Shown here: positions 9,517 to 18,941 of the stretch, in pieces
How positions within the stretch are numbered: the stretch's first letter is position 1
How the letters are laid out: each line of letters opens with the position of its first letter
From: an uncultured Chloroflexia bacterium
Lineage (GTDB): Bacteria; Chloroflexota; Limnocylindria; QHBO01
Length of the DNA: 64,000 nt
Assembly: GCA_963825525.1 (NCBI GenBank)
Contig: CAWGTN010000002.1
Location: forward strand, 224,001-288,000
Direction: 5' to 3'
Notes under the pieces: model-generated
Told to the model about the DNA's origin: nothing
The model's input: the letters and a program-made list of their open reading frames with translations, nothing else
Databases searched by the model: none
Position numbers and translations under genes: made by a program

Positions 9517-11140
9517 CTGCTGCCTCGCCGACCTGCCTCGCCGATCCTCGCTCTCCTTCTCCTCGCCGTCCTCGCCGTCGCCTGTGGTGACAACGGACCG
9601 CAGCTGCCGTTCGTCCCGACGCCGTCTCCGACACCGGAGCAGCCACGCGAGGTCATCGTCACGGCGACGAAGCAGGCATCCGACGAGGCGCTGTCGGGGG
9701 TGACGCTCACGGCCGACGGCCAGACTGCGACGACCGACGCGGATGGCGAGGCGACGATGAGCCTGATGCGAGGCGCGACGATCGAGGCGGCACTCAGCGG
9801 CCACGACTCCACCGAGGCCACGGTGCCCGATGAAGGCCCCGTACTCGTGCGAGCTGCGCAGCAACGTTGCCCGCGGCGTGGTTCGCGACGAGGCGGGCGA
9901 GCCGATCGCGGGTGTGCGGGTTTTCGTCGATGGCGGAGACCACATGGCCGAGACCGATGAGGATGGCGTCTATGAGCTGACGGGCGTCGCGGAAGCGGCA
10001 ACGCTCGTGCTGAAGCGCCCCGGCTACCGGATCCACGAGCTGTCGACCGGAGCGTCGCTCGACGGCCTCGACGTGACGATGGCGCCGTTCGAGGCCCGTG
10101 CCCTCTATGCGCCGTCGGCGGTCTTCGAAGCCCCGGGGCGTCTCGAGGCGATGCTCGACCTGCTTGACCGCACCGAGGCGAATGCCCTGGTCATCGACGT
10201 GAAGGAGACCGACGGTCGCCTGTACTACGCCACGGATCTGCCGGAAGCCGCGGCGGTGGGCGCCATCCGCGAGAACCCGGTGTTCGACCTCGAGGAGCTC
10301 CTGCCCATGCTCAAGGAGCGTGGCATCTACACGATCGCGCGCACCGTGGTCATGAAGGACAACACCAGCGCGGTCGCTCGCCCCGAGCTCGCAGTTCGGA
10401 ACAGCGCGACGGGGGAGCCGTGGCGCGACAACATCGGCGGTGCATGGCTGGACCCATCGGCACCCGGTGTGGCCGAGTACATCGCGGCGATTGCCGGCGA
10501 CCTCGCAGCCAAGGGATTCGACGAGGTGCAGCTCGACTACATCCGATTCTTCAGCGATGGCCCATACGCCGTCGCCGATACCAACCTCCCGAACACCCAG
10601 TCATTCCGGCTGCCGGCAATCCAGCGTGTGCTTCGCGTCGTGAGCCAGGAGCTCGACATGACGCGAACGTTCCTGGGCGCGGATGTCTTCCCGATCAGCT
10701 TCATCGTGCCCGACGACCAGGGGATCGGCCAGCGGCCGGAGGTGATCATGCCGTACGTGGACTACTTCGACCCGATGGTCTACCCGTCGCACTACGGTCC
10801 GGGCGTCTTCGGCTTCGCGGTACCCAACGACCATCCCTACGAAGTGATCAACGAGACGCTCCAGATCATGAGCCGGCAGGCGGAGGGTCTGCCGGTGGTG
10901 ATTCGTCCGTGGATCCAGGACTTCGGCTATGGACCATTCCCGCCGTACTCGGCCGAGCAGGTGCGATCGGAGTTTCAGGCGGGCGCTGACAACGGGGCGC
11001 AGGGCTGGATGATCTGGAACGCGCGAGCCACGTTCACCGAGGCCGCCCTCGGCCCGCCGCGGGACGGAGAGGATGCCGGCACCACGACATCGGCGGGCGC
11101 GGGCGAATCGGCGTCACCGGGTCCCTCGAGCAGTCCGTAG
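9517..11140 (+). CDS. Putative lipoprotein: carboxypeptidase-regulatory-like beta domains plus DUF4015-type putative glycoside hydrolase (apparent +1 frameshift near 9838; start uncertain)
   Basis: The upstream frame reads PILALLLLAVLAVAC (lipobox). The downstream ORF has NALVIDVK, WLDP, GFDEVQLDYIRF, PMVYPSHY, RPWIQDF and WMIWN, typical of DUF4015 TIM barrels. Confidence 0.75.
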
Positions 11141-11146
11141 GCCCAC

Positions 11147-11599
11147 ATGCGTCTCGTCGTGCAGCGGGTCAGCCGCGCCGCGGTTCGGGTGGGGAAAGAC
11201 CAGCTGGGAGCGATTCCCGGCGGAGCGCTGGTCCTGGCGGGGATCGGCATCGGTGACACCACCGACATCGTCGAGCGCATGGCCGACAAGCTGGCCGGAC
11301 TGCGCTACTTCGAGGACGCGGAGGGGCGAACCAACCTGGACATCTCCTCGTCGGGCGGATCCATGCTCGTGGTCAGCCAGTTCACCCTGTACGCGGACGT
11401 CCGGCGCGGTCGCCGTCCCGGTTTCACGCCGGCGGCATCGCCCGAGATCGCCGCACCCCTGGTCGATCACTTCGTTGCCCGACTGGGCTCCCATGGGATC
11501 ACCGTGCAGACCGGCCGCTTCGGCGCGGACATGGACATCGAGCTGGTGAATGCCGGACCCTTCACCCTGGTGCTGGACTCCGAGCGCGATCTCTCGTGA
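11147..11599 (+). CDS. dtd: D-aminoacyl-tRNA deacylase
   Basis: MRLVVQRV, SQFTL, GRRP.F, FGA.M...LVN.GP.T. Confidence 0.96.
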   Translation: MRLVVQRVSRAAVRVGKDQLGAIPGGALVLAGIGIGDTTDIVERMADKLAGLRYFEDAEGRTNLDISSSGGSMLVVSQFTLYADVRRGRRPGFTPAASPEIAAPLVDHFVARLGSHGITVQTGRFGADMDIELVNAGPFTLVLDSERDLS

Positions 11600-11615
11600 G
11601 CGACGGACATGACAA

Positions 11616-11639
11616 CGCCCGCGTCGCATGACGCGGGCG
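11616..11639. terminator. GC-rich hairpin between convergent dtd and rpmB, likely a terminator
   Basis: CGCCCGCGTC-gcat-GACGCGGGCG forms a perfect 10-bp stem. Confidence 0.7.
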
Positions 11640-11660
11640 CATCGGCTCAGGGGCGGCGGG

Positions 11661-11852
11661 TCAGACCTTCTGGGCGGTCCGGCGGCAGCGGCTGCAGGCC
11701 TTGACCTTCGAGACCTTGCCGTTGGTGACGAGGGTCATTGCCTGAAGGTTCGGCAGCCATCGGCGCAGGGCGCGCTTGCGGTTCATGCCGACCGACTGCG
11801 GATTCCAGCCGGTGATCGGACGCTTTCCGCAGATGTCACAGACGCGGGCCAT
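11661..11852 (-). CDS. rpmB: 50S ribosomal protein L28
   Basis: MARVCDICGK...RRWLPNLQ...CSRC, 63 aa; GGAG SD; divergent from recG. Confidence 0.93.
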   Translation of the reverse strand: MARVCDICGKRPITGWNPQSVGMNRKRALRRWLPNLQAMTLVTNGKVSKVKACSRCRRTAQKV

Positions 11853-11929
11853 GGTCGAGGACTCCATATCACAAGGGAACCGGCGCGTCGCGCCGGGCGA
11901 TCGGGATCGTAGCACGCTACGATCGAGGC

Positions 11930-11959
11930 ATGCAATCGAGCCGGGCGCCCGGGGCGTGA
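11930..11959 (+). other. Candidate leaderless 9-codon uORF (MQSSRAPGA*) whose TGA overlaps the recG GTG
   Basis: TACGAT -10 box at 11918-11923 lies 6 nt before ATG 11930; GTGA overlap at 11956-11959. Confidence 0.4.
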
Positions 11960-14028
11960 GCGTTCTCGCTCCCGAGGAGCTCGACGCGCCGATACGTCGC
12001 ACGATGCCCGAGCTCGCGCGGGGAGCCGCGGCCATGGCCCGCCTCGGCATTCTGACGGCCCGAGACGCCCTCTGGTACCTCCCGTTCCGCTACGACGACT
12101 TCAGCGAGCTCCGCCCATTGGGCGAGCTCGTCCCGGATGAGAAGCAGTCGGCCCGCGTCACGGTCGCTGCCGTGCGCATCGAGCCGGGTTTCGGGCGGCG
12201 GCCACAGCGCGTGATCGCACAGCTGACCGATCTCACGGGCAGCGCCGAGGCGGTCTGGTTCGGCCGTCGCTACGTCGAGCGTCGACTGCAGGCCGGCGAC
12301 GAGGTGATCATCTCCGGGAAAGTCACCCAGCGGGGATGGCGATCCCAGTTCACATCTCCCGAGTTCAGCCCGGTCGGGCGGGACTCGGTGCACACCGCTC
12401 GCGTCGTCCCGGTCTACCACCTCGGGTCGGGAGTCACGCAGAAGCGACTCAGGGAGCTGCTGGCACGCGTGCTCGACCGGGCGCTGCCCGCGATCGACGA
12501 CCCCCTGTCGGACACCGAGCGCGGCGGACTGCCGCCGTTGGACCAGGCGCTGCGCACGGCACATTTCCCGGAGGACGCGGGCGACGTGGGGGAGGCACTC
12601 GATCGGCTCGCGTTCGACGAGCTCCTGGCCCTCCAGCTGACCCTGGCGCAGGCCAGAGCGGCCCGTGAGTCGTTGCGCGCCCCGCGCATCGACATCCCCG
12701 TGGAGGAGCGCCGCGCGATCATCTCGGCGCTGCCCTTTGTGTTGACCGGCGACCAGGCCACCGCGGTCGAGGAGATCGCCGGGGATCTGGCGAGCGAGCG
12801 GCCGATGCGTCGACTGCTGCAGGGCGACGTGGGCAGTGGAAAGACGGCGGTCGCGGCCATTGCCCTCGCCTCGGCCGTGCGTGCGGGCTGGCAGGCCGTC
12901 CTGATGGCGCCGACCGAGATCCTGGCGCGGCAGCACCACGATGGCCTCGCCCCGCTCCTGAGGTCCCTGGGCGTTCGGGCCGAGTTCCTGTCGGGGTCGC
13001 TGCCGAGGGCCCACAAGCGAGCCATTCACGACGCGATCGCCGATGGAGCCGCCGAGGTCGTGATCGGCACCCACGCGGTGATCAGCCAGGCCGTCGTGTT
13101 TCCACGGCTGGCACTCGCCGTGGTCGATGAGCAGCACCGCTTCGGCGTCGGCCAGCGGGCGGCACTGCAGGGCAAGGGTGCCGGCGGCGAGCCCCATGTG
13201 CTGGCGCTGACCGCCACGCCGATCCCGCGGACGCTCGGCCTCACCGTCTACGGGGACCTCGCGATCAGTACGATTCGAGAGCTCCCGCCGGGCCGTGAGC
13301 CGATCCGGACCGAGATCCGTGATCGTCGGGCGCTGCCGAAGATCGAGGCGTTCCTCGCCGGCGAGGCCGAGGCCGGTCGCCAGGCATTCGTGGTCGTGCC
13401 CCTGGTGTCGGAGTCCCCGACGCTCGAGGCGGCCAGCGCCGAGGCCGAGGCCGAGCGCCTCCGGGCCGCGTGGCCGGACCTGCGCATCGGGCTGGTCCAC
13501 GGCCAGCAGAAGGCCGACACACGAGACGCGACCATGGCCGCGTTCGCCGCCGGCGAGATGGACATCCTCGTCGCCACGACCGTGATCGAGGTCGGGATCG
13601 ACGTCCCGAATGCGAGCGTGATCCTCATCGAGGACGCCGAGCGGTTCGGGCTCGCGCAGCTCCATCAGCTCCGCGGACGGGTTGGCCGCGGCCCGCATCG
13701 TTCGTTCTGCATCCTCCTGTCGGACGCATCCGAGGAACTCGCTCTGCGCCGTCTCGATGTCGTCCGTGGCTCGAGCGACGGATTCGTCATCGCCGAGGCC
13801 GATCTCGAGTTGCGCGGCGCCGGCAACCTCCTCGGCACGCGCCAGTCAGGCCTTCCGCCCCTCAGGGTGGCGTCGCTGTTCGACCCACGCCACATCGAGC
13901 TCGCCCAGCGCGCGCGGACGCTCGCCGACCGGGTCGTCGCATCGGACCCTGGCCTTGAGGGGCGGCCGCTCCTCGCCCGGCTGCAGCGGGACTTCACCGC
14001 GGCCGAGGACGAGGGGGACGCGGCCTGA
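11956..14028 (+). CDS. recG: ATP-dependent DNA helicase RecG
   Basis: P.RYDD wedge domain, QGDVGSGKT, DEQHRFG, TATPIPRT, QLRGRVGRG, DLELRG.G. Confidence 0.97.
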   Translation: MSVLAPEELDAPIRRTMPELARGAAAMARLGILTARDALWYLPFRYDDFSELRPLGELVPDEKQSARVTVAAVRIEPGFGRRPQRVIAQLTDLTGSAEAVWFGRRYVERRLQAGDEVIISGKVTQRGWRSQFTSPEFSPVGRDSVHTARVVPVYHLGSGVTQKRLRELLARVLDRALPAIDDPLSDTERGGLPPLDQALRTAHFPEDAGDVGEALDRLAFDELLALQLTLAQARAARESLRAPRIDIPVEERRAIISALPFVLTGDQATAVEEIAGDLASERPMRRLLQGDVGSGKTAVAAIALASAVRAGWQAVLMAPTEILARQHHDGLAPLLRSLGVRAEFLSGSLPRAHKRAIHDAIADGAAEVVIGTHAVISQAVVFPRLALAVVDEQHRFGVGQRAALQGKGAGGEPHVLALTATPIPRTLGLTVYGDLAISTIRELPPGREPIRTEIRDRRALPKIEAFLAGEAEAGRQAFVVVPLVSESPTLEAASAEAEAERLRAAWPDLRIGLVHGQQKADTRDATMAAFAAGEMDILVATTVIEVGIDVPNASVILIEDAERFGLAQLHQLRGRVGRGPHRSFCILLSDASEELALRRLDVVRGSSDGFVIAEADLELRGAGNLLGTRQSGLPPLRVASLFDPRHIELAQRARTLADRVVASDPGLEGRPLLARLQRDFTAAEDEGDAA

Positions 14029-14567
14029 TGCGGGTCATCGCCGGCGATGCACGAGGGCAGCCGCTGGTGGCGCCGCGCGGCGTCGGGACGCGACCGATCA
14101 CCGACCGGGTCAAGGAGACCCTCTTCGGCATCCTCGGGGAGCGGGTGCCGGATGCGGTCGTCCTGGACCTGTATGCGGGGAGCGGCGCCATCGGCATCGA
14201 GGCTCTGTCGCGAGGCGCGGCTCACGCGACGTTCGTGGAGCAGTCGCGCCCGGCGCTCGTGGCGCTGCGCACGAACATCGAGCGGACGCGCACCGCGGAT
14301 CGGGCCGAGGTCGTGGCATCCGATGTCGAACGCTATCTCGCGACGCCGCCTTCGAGATCGGACCTGGTGGTCATGGATCCCCCGTACGAGGTGCGTGATA
14401 TCGTGGCGCCGCTTCGCCTGGTCGGGCCATGGCTCGCTCCCGGCGCCATCGTAGTAATCAAGCACTTTTGGCGAACCGAGATGCCCGAGATCGCCGGATT
14501 GGTCCCGGTTCGGCAGCGCAGGTTCGGCGAGACGATGCTCAGCTTCCTGGAGGCAGCGGATTCATGA
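14028..14567 (+). CDS. rsmD: 16S rRNA m2G966 methyltransferase
   Basis: MRVIAG..RG, TRP..DRVKE.LF, LDLYAGSG, DPPY. Confidence 0.95.
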   Translation: MRVIAGDARGQPLVAPRGVGTRPITDRVKETLFGILGERVPDAVVLDLYAGSGAIGIEALSRGAAHATFVEQSRPALVALRTNIERTRTADRAEVVASDVERYLATPPSRSDLVVMDPPYEVRDIVAPLRLVGPWLAPGAIVVIKHFWRTEMPEIAGLVPVRQRRFGETMLSFLEAADS

Positions 14568-15061
14568 CGCGGGTTGCCGTGTTCCCCGGATCGTTCGACC
14601 CGATGACGAACGCGCACCTCGATGTCGCCACGCGGGCGTCGGGGCTCTTCGATCGGCTCGTCATCGGCGTGCTGAACAACACGAAGAAGGAGCCCCTCTT
14701 CAGCATCGATGAGCGCGTCGATCTCATTGCACGAAGCGTCGCCGACCTCGGTCCGCACGTTACGGTGGACGCCTTCGACGGCCTGACCGTCGACTTCGCG
14801 CGTCGTCATGGCGCGGGCTTCATCGTCCGCGGCCTGCGGGCGGTCAGCGACTTCGAGGCCGAGCTGCAGATGGCCCTGACGAACCGAAAGCTCGCGCCCG
14901 AGGTCGACACCACGTTCCTGATGACGGCGCTCGAGTACGGCTACGTGAGTTCTTCATTGACCAAGGAAGTCGCACGGTTCGGTGGGGATATCAGCCCGAT
15001 GGTGCCGAAGCCGGTCGCCGAGGCGCTCGCTCACCGAATCGGCGTGGAGCCGCGCGTATAA
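14564..15061 (+). CDS. coaD: Pantetheine-phosphate adenylyltransferase
   Basis: FPGSFDP.TN.H, RGLR..SDFE.E, VSSS..KE. Confidence 0.96.
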   Translation: MTRVAVFPGSFDPMTNAHLDVATRASGLFDRLVIGVLNNTKKEPLFSIDERVDLIARSVADLGPHVTVDAFDGLTVDFARRHGAGFIVRGLRAVSDFEAELQMALTNRKLAPEVDTTFLMTALEYGYVSSSLTKEVARFGGDISPMVPKPVAEALAHRIGVEPRV

Positions 15062-15084
15062 TCGCGCCCGAGGAGGGTAGCGTC

Positions 15085-15615
15085 ACGGACATCATCTTCC
15101 TGGTCGAACGGCTCGAGTCGATGGTGGCAGCCGGAAAGAAGCTGCCGCTCACGAACAACGTCGTTCTGGACCAGGCAACCGTGCTCGAGCTGGTGGACCA
15201 GCTGCGCGTCTCCGTGCCCGACGAGGTTCGCCAGGCCCGCCGCATCACCGAGGATGCGGGCCGGATCACCGAACGTGCGCGCGACGAGGGCGACGCGATC
15301 ATCGCGCGGGCCCAGGAGAAGGCCGCACAGATGCTCGATGAGCGCGAGCTCGTTCGGGCCGCGCAGGAGCGCGCCGGTGAGCTGCTGGCCCAGGCGCAGG
15401 CGGAGGCGGCCGAGGTCCGCCGCGGGGCTGACGAGTACGCGGCCGGCGTCCTGATCCGGCTCGAGGGCGAATGCATCAAGGCGCTGACCAGCATCAAGCG
15501 AGGCATCGACATGCTCGATGATCGCCATCGACCGGCGACCGACGGCAAGCCGGCAGGGGCCGACGCCATCGTCGTCGATCCCGAGGAGCAGCCGAGCGCC
15601 GCGTCCCGCCCGTGA
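15085..15615 (+). CDS. Conserved coiled-coil protein of the coaD-DUF177 locus (DivIVA/ATP synthase B-like); probable ACG start at 15085, first ATG at 15121
   Basis: (M)DIIFLVERLE...LVDQLR..P.E...A..GADEYA pattern. TATAAT at 15057; AGGAGG at 15071-15076, 8 nt before ACG. Confidence 0.75.
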   Translation, partial: TDIIFLVERLESMVAAGKKLPLTNNVVLDQATVLELVDQLRVSVPDEVRQARRITEDAGRITERARDEGDAIIARAQEKAAQMLDERELVRAAQERAGELLAQAQAEAAEVRRGADEYAAGVLIRLEGECIKALTSIKRGIDMLDDRHRPATDGKPAGADAIVVDPEEQPSAASRP

Positions 15616-16151
15616 TCTCGTTCAACGTCGCCGGGCTCCTGCATGAGCCGCCCGGGGCGGTGCGCGACGTTCGGCTGCGCGACAGATACGTCACGCTGGG
15701 CCCGGACGTGGAGCTCGCCGGCCCCCTCGACGGCGATCTGCGCCTGCAGCGGACCAACCGCGGCATCCTGGCACGCGGGACGGTGCGCGCCCCCCTGCGG
15801 CGCACCTGTGCGCGGTGCACCGACGCGTACGTCGAGGAGGTGCGGGTCGAGATCGACGAGGAATTCCTGCCGACGATCGATCCCGACAGCGGCGCGCGCC
15901 TGACGATCGAGGCCGCTGACGCCGAGGCGTCCCTGGAGATCGACGAACACCACGAGATCGACCTGGGAGCCGTGATCCACGACGAGCTCGCGCTCACCGA
16001 GCCGATGCACCCGCTGTGCCGGCCCGATTGTGCCGGCCTGTGCGTCGAGTGCGGTGAGCGGCTCGATGCCGGCCCTCATGCACACGCCGCGGATGAGATC
16101 GATCCGCGGCTGGCCGGGCTCGCTGCCCTGCTGCGGGAGCGGGACGCCTAA
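15612..16151 (+). CDS. YceD/DUF177 family protein
   Basis: CARC, LCRPDCAGLC..CG, DPRLA.L; directly upstream of rpmF. Confidence 0.93.
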   Translation: MISFNVAGLLHEPPGAVRDVRLRDRYVTLGPDVELAGPLDGDLRLQRTNRGILARGTVRAPLRRTCARCTDAYVEEVRVEIDEEFLPTIDPDSGARLTIEAADAEASLEIDEHHEIDLGAVIHDELALTEPMHPLCRPDCAGLCVECGERLDAGPHAHAADEIDPRLAGLAALLRERDA

Positions 16152-16241
16152 GCGCCACCCAGCGCCATTCTCCATTCGCCAGTGCGCCGGTCGTCCGGCT
16201 ATACTGCGGCGTCCCGTCATACATTGGTCAAGGAGTTCCGC

Positions 16242-16445
16242 GTGGGCGTTCCCAAGCGAAAAGTATCCAAGGCGCGTCAGGGTGAACGCCGTGCGCACCT
16301 CGCCATCAGCGCACCCCCGCTGGTCGAGTGCGACCACTGCCACGAGCTGAAGCGCGCCCATCACGTCTGCCCCACCTGCGGCTGGTACGCAGGTCGCGAG
16401 GCGGTCGCGATCGAGCCGGTCACCCCGGTCGAAGGCCAGCGCTAA
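16242..16445 (+). CDS. rpmF: 50S ribosomal protein L32
   Basis: GVPKRKVSKAR...CDHC...HHVCPTCGWY; AGGAG SD; TATACT at 16200. Confidence 0.96.
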   Translation: MGVPKRKVSKARQGERRAHLAISAPPLVECDHCHELKRAHHVCPTCGWYAGREAVAIEPVTPVEGQR

Positions 16446-16450
16446 CCACG

Positions 16451-17509
16451 ATGCGCATCGCGGTCGACGCGATGGGAGGCGACAACGCCCCTCGCGAGAT
16501 CGTCCGCGGTGCCGTCGACTACGCACAGAAACAGCCCGCCGACCAGGTCAGCCTGGTCGGCGATGTGCCGCGCCTCGAGCGTGAGGTCGCCGAGTACGGG
16601 AAGGGCACCCCGTCCAACATCCGGTTCGTGGATGCCCCCGAGGTGATCGGCATGGGGGACCACCCGGCCACCGCCCTCCGCACCAAGCGTCGCTCGTCGA
16701 TCCTTGTGGCCACCGACCTCGTTCGGGACGGCGACGCCGATGCGATCGTCAGCGCGGGGTCGACCGGCGCCACGATGGCCGCCGCGATCCTGCGACTCGG
16801 ACGGGTGGACGGCATCGACCGGCCGGCGCTACCGGCACACATGGTCACGGCAACGGGCCCGGTCATGCTCCTCGACGTGGGGGCCAACGTGGATTCCGAT
16901 CCCGAGCATCTCGTCCAATTCGCCGCGATGGGTGCCATCTTCGCCGAGCACGTCCTCCACGTCAGCAACCCTCGCATCGGGCTCCTCAACATCGGCGAGG
17001 AGGTGGAGAAGGGGGACGAGCTGGCGCGAGAGGCCCATGCCAAGCTCGCCGCGCTCGACCTGCACTTCGTGGGCAATGTCGAGGCACACGACATGATCGC
17101 GCATCGGGCGGACGTGGTCGTGTGCGACGGATTCGTCGGGAATGTCGTCATCAAGTTCTTCGAGGGGATCACCAGCTTCGTGTTCCGCGCCCTTCGCGAG
17201 GACCTCCAGCAGGGGCCGCTCGCGCCGCTCGCGCTCCTGGCCCTGCGCCCGGGATTCGACCGCCTCAAGGGCCGCTTCGACTACGAGCGCTACGGTGGCG
17301 CTCCGCTGCTGGGCGTCAAGGGGGTGAGCATCGTCACCCATGGCCGTGCGAAGGCCCGAATGATCGAACATGCCATGCGGGTGGCCTCCGAGTCGGCGGA
17401 GGCACGCGTGCCGGACCTCATCGCCGAATGGACCCGCGAGCACCCGGCGCTGGTGCATCGGGGCGTGCGGTCGCGGATCGCCGCCCGGCTGCACCGGGAG
17501 CGCGCCTGA
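16451..17509 (+). CDS. plsX: Phosphate acyltransferase PlsX
   Basis: IAVDAMGGD.AP, SAG.TGA, LLDVGAN, NIGEE..KG, DGFVGN, GGAPLLG. Confidence 0.96.
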   Translation: MRIAVDAMGGDNAPREIVRGAVDYAQKQPADQVSLVGDVPRLEREVAEYGKGTPSNIRFVDAPEVIGMGDHPATALRTKRRSSILVATDLVRDGDADAIVSAGSTGATMAAAILRLGRVDGIDRPALPAHMVTATGPVMLLDVGANVDSDPEHLVQFAAMGAIFAEHVLHVSNPRIGLLNIGEEVEKGDELAREAHAKLAALDLHFVGNVEAHDMIAHRADVVVCDGFVGNVVIKFFEGITSFVFRALREDLQQGPLAPLALLALRPGFDRLKGRFDYERYGGAPLLGVKGVSIVTHGRAKARMIEHAMRVASESAEARVPDLIAEWTREHPALVHRGVRSRIAARLHRERA

Positions 17510-17950
17510 ATGAGCGCCAAAGCCAGCTCGCGCCCATCGGCCGCGAGCCTCCTGGCACGCCGGCTGGCATTGCTGGCGCTGTTCGAGGAGGAGTTCCGTC
17601 CCGGCTCTGCGCCTGACGCCCTGGAGCGGCTGGCCGAGGAGCGCGACGTGCCGGAGGGCGTCCGCGCCCACGCGGCATCGATCGTCGCCGGTGTGGCGGA
17701 GCATCGGGCCAGCCTCGATGCGCGAATCGCCGTTGAGGCGCCGCTGATCCCGGTTGCCGAGCTCGGCCGCGTGGAGCGGACGATCCTCCGGAGCGCGATC
17801 TACGAGGTGCTATACTCCGCCGCGACCCCGAGCGGGGAGACGATGCGAGATGCCGTATCCCTCGCCCGGATCTACGCCGGCGACGCCGCGCGACGCCTCG
17901 TCAATGGCGTGTTAGGAAGTGTTTCCAGATCATCGGGTGGAGGAGCCTGA
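17510..17950 (+). CDS. nusB: Transcription antitermination factor NusB (divergent)
   Basis: ARRLAL..LF, ERTILR.AIYE, A..LA..Y, LVNGVLG. Confidence 0.8.
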   Translation: MSAKASSRPSAASLLARRLALLALFEEEFRPGSAPDALERLAEERDVPEGVRAHAASIVAGVAEHRASLDARIAVEAPLIPVAELGRVERTILRSAIYEVLYSAATPSGETMRDAVSLARIYAGDAARRLVNGVLGSVSRSSGGGA

Positions 17951-17954
17951 ACTC

Positions 17955-18197
17955 GTGACAGACGGCACCATATACGAACGCCTCAAGAAGATCATCGTCG
18001 AGCAGCTCGGCGTCGACGAGGAAGAGGTCCAGCCCCCGGCCTCCTTCGTCGAGGACCTCAATGCCGATTCACTCGACCTGGTCGAGCTCATCATGAGCCT
18101 CGAGGAGGAGTTCGGCATGGAGATCTCGGATGAGGACGCCGAGAGAATCCAGAAGGTCCAGGACGCCGTCGATTTCATCGAGGAGCATCAGCAGTAG
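17955..18197 (+). CDS. acpP: Acyl carrier protein
   Basis: [12 protein letters not shown] phosphopantetheine site; AGGAG SD. Confidence 0.97.
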   Translation: MTDGTIYERLKKIIVEQLGVDEEEVQPPASFVEDLNADSLDLVELIMSLEEEFGMEISDEDAERIQKVQDAVDFIEEHQQ

Positions 18198-18209
18198 ACG
18201 GGTTCGCCC

Positions 18210-18941
18210 ATGGATGCTCCACCGCTGGACGAGCTCAGCGCCCACCTCGGCATCGTCCTGCGCGAGGAGGAGCTGATTCGTCAGGCCTTCGTCCACAGCT
18301 CCTTCTTCAACGAGAACCCCGCGCTCGCGTCCGGCCATAACGAGCGTCTCGAGTTCTATGGCGACGCCGTGATCGGTGTCACCGTGAGCCGCCTGCTGTA
18401 TGAGCAGTACCCCGACGAGGACGAGGGGTTCCTCACCGCGCGGCGAGCGGCGCTCGTCAACCGCGAGGCCCTGGCCGAGCTGGCACTCGAGATCGGACTC
18501 GATCGCTACCTGATGCTGGGACGCGGCGAGACCGATGCCGGCGGCGCAACCCGACCCTCGGTCCTGGCTGCCTCCCTCGAGGCACTGGCCGGGGCCCTCT
18601 CCCTCGTCAAGGGACCCGAGGAGACCGACGCGATCATCGCGCGGCTCTTCGCACCTCGCCTCCAGGCCCTCGCGGCCATCAGCGGGCCACCGAAATCGGC
18701 GAAGTCGCTGCTCCAGGAGTGGAGCCAGCGGTACCGCGGATCGAAGCCCACCTACCAGCTCATCGACGCGTCGGGGCCACCGCACGACCAGATCTTCCGG
18801 GTGGCGGTGAGCGTTGGCGACATCGTGCTCGGCACCGGGACCGGAACGAGCCGGCAGCGTGCCGAGGAGCAGGCAGCGCAGGTCGCGATGGCCGAGCTGC
18901 CCGACGTGCCCGAGGAGCCGATGCAGACGGCCGTGTCGTGA
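18210..18941 (+). CDS. rnc: Ribonuclease III
   Basis: NERLEFYGDAV signature; C-terminal dsRNA-binding domain (KSLLQE...GPPH...AEEQAA). Confidence 0.95.
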   Translation: MDAPPLDELSAHLGIVLREEELIRQAFVHSSFFNENPALASGHNERLEFYGDAVIGVTVSRLLYEQYPDEDEGFLTARRAALVNREALAELALEIGLDRYLMLGRGETDAGGATRPSVLAASLEALAGALSLVKGPEETDAIIARLFAPRLQALAAISGPPKSAKSLLQEWSQRYRGSKPTYQLIDASGPPHDQIFRVAVSVGDIVLGTGTGTSRQRAEEQAAQVAMAELPDVPEEPMQTAVS

